Shown in pieces: positions 60,641-64,000 of a DNA stretch of 64,000 nucleotides. A model generated the notes under the pieces. It saw only the letters and a list, made by a program, of their open reading frames with translations, ran no database searches and was not told the origin of the DNA. The DNA is from Camelus dromedarius. Lineage: Eukaryota. How positions within the stretch are numbered: position 1 is the stretch's first letter; every line of letters begins with the position of its first letter. The translations under genes and the position numbers were made by a program. The stretch covers positions 107,386,001 through 107,450,000 of the forward strand of contig NC_087437.1 in NCBI RefSeq assembly GCF_036321535.1, written 5' to 3'.

Positions 60641-63600
60641 CCCCCAGCATCCTGCCTTGCTAAACGTATCTACCCAACAGTGAGCCTTCCATTCTTGACT
60701 ACACTGTATTCAGTGTAGATTCCAGACCTTCGGTGCTGCCAAGGATTGTGTTACTCAGCCAGTGAAAGCAGGCTTTTCTCCCCACACCTACCTCCAAATA
60801 CTGTACTCATTTCATGCAGATGTATCATGATAGTCCATAACAGGAGTGATTTTCTTATATTCAAATGTGTTTGTTAAACCAATCAGATGTCAGCTGATCT
60901 AACAGATCAGACATTGAAGATGCCCCCCAGATATTCAGCATCTCACTGAATCTCAGTCTTGCAGTTATTCCTGGATTATACAAGGCAATTTGGCTCTTTC
61001 ACTCTCTTTTTTGTTACTGTATTTTTAGTTTATTAAGAATACTTTAATACTTTTTGGGGGGAAGGCAGAAATAGGATTATTAAAACATTGGTAGCTTTTG
61101 ACTCTCTGAAATGTGTAGCTTAAAAAATAAGCTGAGGGTTTTCATAACACAACTTCCTAACGTGCCCATGCTGTGTTCTATTATTGAGGAGGGTATTGTC
61201 GATGAAATATATCACGATGTGTCCTGAACTTTTCTGATTCTGCACTTATTTGTCCTTGAGGAAGAGAGAGAAGGTCTCCTTTTACAACCATTTTGGATGT
61301 GAATATAGATCTTCAAGAGCAGTACATTTGTTTCATGCATCAGGGGACTTCGATCCGTCCTATGAATGAGATCGTCACCAGTTCCATTAAATCCTGAACC
61401 ATGAATGGGCCTCTTTATGTCAGGCATGAAGGAAATAGCATTTCCTTGGGTGTGGTGGAGAGGGCTGATACAATCTTGGAGCAGAAACTGCCAGTAGATT
61501 TCCTATCTGTGCCATTGATTCTGATTTTTGTTTGTTTGTTTGTTTGGAACAAAACTTAGAAGCCAAAAGTTAGAATCCCTTTTCTTCCTTGAAACTCTCT
61601 GTACAACAGAATGGAATTAGTAGCTTACGTTGGAGTAGAAGTGTGTGTGAGAGTGTGCGTGTGTGTAAAAATATGTGTTTTATTGTAAAATCATCTTATG
61701 GCTAAAGAGGGTTTAATGACTTAGTAAAAGGTTGGGGACTAGTGCAAAATTCTTTGCAAGCATAGAAATCTCTGTAGATATTTAACTCTTGAAATATTTC
61801 TAAATGATTTTTGCCTAAAAGCTTTAGAAAAATCCCTGGAAAATAATCCCCCAAATCGATCAACACACGTAAAATGGCTTTGGAAACATTTATTTCTCTA
61901 TATTTTCATCTTTTTATTTCTCTATATTTTAATGGATCTATATGGTCCAAAAATCAGAATTCAAAATATTTCAGCCTTGATTCCTGATTCATGAATTAGA
62001 ATAGTAAAATTTTCAGCATAATCCATGAATAAGTGGTGTCAATGTTAAACTGTAAACCTGGAAAGTATTATTAGAATTTGGATAGCATTTCCTGCATTGC
62101 TGACATAATAAGCATATTTGTGTGTGAAAGTTCAGAACTGATCAGATCCACCAAAGATAAAGGCATATTTAGTTTCTCCTCATGCATCAAGAAAAAGCAG
62201 ATATGGCTTCCCAATGAATCCAAACTATTTATTGTTGGTTATCACTGGATTCAGGCTGTAACAATGAGAAACACTGACTCCAGGATTCTAAGTTCCCAAA
62301 AAGGCTTTGTAAAGAGGCTGCTTCTTTAGTTTATTGTTACTTCAGGCCCCTGGACCTTACTGTAAACCTCTTGTGGCACCAGGCATCCTAGATAGAGCTG
62401 TGGGTTCCAGACAGGGCATGCAACCATCATCACTGGCCTAAGTGCTTCTTACATGGAGAGGAACAAATGGAGTTTTGTTTCGGTTTTTAATTCCATAAAA
62501 TAAGATATGTTCAGTTCACACTTACCCTTCACTGTCCTTCATTTGATTAAAAACATAATGTTATTTTAAATAGGAAACATACTAGGTTTCCTTGGTTGGA
62601 AGAATTTTTCCATCTTCTGCTTTTTCCAGGTTTGAGAACATTTGGATCTGCATGAGATCAAAGAAAGCAATCTTTTAATATAATTTAAGCTTCAAGGGGC
62701 TATTTCATGGTGATTCAAACTGTGTGAAGTTCAAACTGATACATTAAATTTTAATTCCATAGTTACATTACATAAGGATATCTAAACATTGTTTTCACTG
62801 AATGTATTTGGCCTATTCTTTCTTATGTAATAGCTAATGCTTTCATTATAAAATCACAAGGCCGTAAATGATAATGCCATTAAACATCTAGTGATTAAAC
62901 ATGACTAACAGTTGTAATAATTTTGAGTATTTGGAAGACAATCAGGAGAAAAATGAAGCCACATGCCCAAAATAAATATATCCATTTGTCACTGTGAATA
63001 CCATGGGTTTTTACTAAATTTATTAGTTCTAAAAGAAAAAGGCAAATCTCCAGTTCTTTTATTGAACCTGAGCTATATTTAATTCAATTATTAGTTAATG
63101 CCCAGGTCCCTAGGTATAACTATCTACAGGGTATGAAGCAATTTGGAGAAATATCAGGATTTATGGAAAGTGTCCATGTTCCATGAAATGTAGCCCCCTA
63201 GAATAACTCTGGGAGGTCACGTACGTAATTCCCTTCACATATGGTGCATTTTTTCTGTGTTGAATTTTTAGTGCACAGATACAAATGGAGTTAGCTTGCA
63301 TTAACATTGCTCCTTAAATATTATTACTCAACATTACCCTATGGTAAAAACTAAATCTCCATTTTACTGAGCATTTGGGCATTATTCTGTGGAAAGCAGC
63401 TGTGGCTAATTCAGTCATAACTAAGAGTAACTTCCACCTGTCAAATGTATTTGGCTCCATCTATTCCTCCATAATTAGAACATTCTATTGGTTGATTTTT
63501 TTTTAACTATTTAAAGCAAGCCATAATCCTTCCTTTATAAAACCTAGATTCTTAAAATTACAGTTGCAAAGAGTTATTGTTATAATAATTTTGTATATAC

Positions 63601-63774
63601 CAGATTCTTTTTCAAGAAAAATAATTACTATTTTATAGAGATACGAATATGTGAATATATGTGTGTGCAGACATGTATGTTTATATTTTTAAATTAGCAC
63701 ATAAGTGAATTACTTAAAAATTACTAAAATCCATCTGTTACCATTATTATGACATATTCAAAAGCAAAAAAAAA

Positions 63775-64000
63775 AAATTTGAGCATAGGCAGAACAAAAA
63801 AGAAAGAAATCTAGATCAGAAAGGAAGAATTAAAATGCAGATGACATGATCATATACGTAGAAAACCCTAATGACACACACTCTCACACAAAACCTGTTA
63901 TAACTAATAAATTAGTTCAGTAAATTACAGAATTCAAAATTAACTTAAAAAACAGTTGCATTTCTATATAGTAACAACCAATAATCCAAAATAAAAATTA
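63775..64000 (+). mobile_element. L1 ORF2 reverse-transcriptase fragment running off the window end
   Basis: 'gcagatgacatgatcatatacgtagaaaaccct' translates ADDMIIYVENP, the L1 RT catalytic motif. It is followed by a LINxFSK...KIN-like sequence. Confidence 0.9.

Noticed and set aside
1..64000. CRISPR arrays, operons, tRNA/rRNA/snRNA genes, CpG-island promoter
   Set aside because: The DNA is repeat-rich mammalian noncoding sequence. I saw no regularly spaced repeats, no long ORFs, no recognisable structural RNA and no CpG-dense region.

Overview
Eukaryotic, AT-rich, CpG-poor placental-mammal DNA. It is most likely camelid (Camelus/Vicugna), inferred from the young L1 3' ends and the absence of Alu, B1, PRE-1, Bov-A/BovB and SINEC elements. 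I found no recognisable protein-coding gene, structural RNA gene, CpG island or prokaryotic system, so the window reads as an intron of a large gene or an intergenic region. All ORFs with recognisable peptides come from decayed L1 or ERVL sequence. Much of the window is interspersed repeat: ancient L2, MIR and L3, a MER33 hAT element, MaLR/ERVL LTRs, a nested ERVL/MaLR pile at about 11-17.5 kb, old and young L1 fragments, and four class-I ERV solo LTRs (16.0, 24.8, 29.7 and 31.0 kb), each with its own 4-bp TSD. The best leads are regulatory: a MER41-like LTR that keeps one intact GAS (STAT) site, an ETS/NF-kB/IRF-like motif cluster at 55.2 kb, an E-box cluster at 34.3 kb and a perfect TALE-dimer palindrome at 35.6 kb. 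There are also a few speculative exon-like segments. Repeat family names come from recalled consensus sequences, not a search. I did not find a convincing novel biological system.
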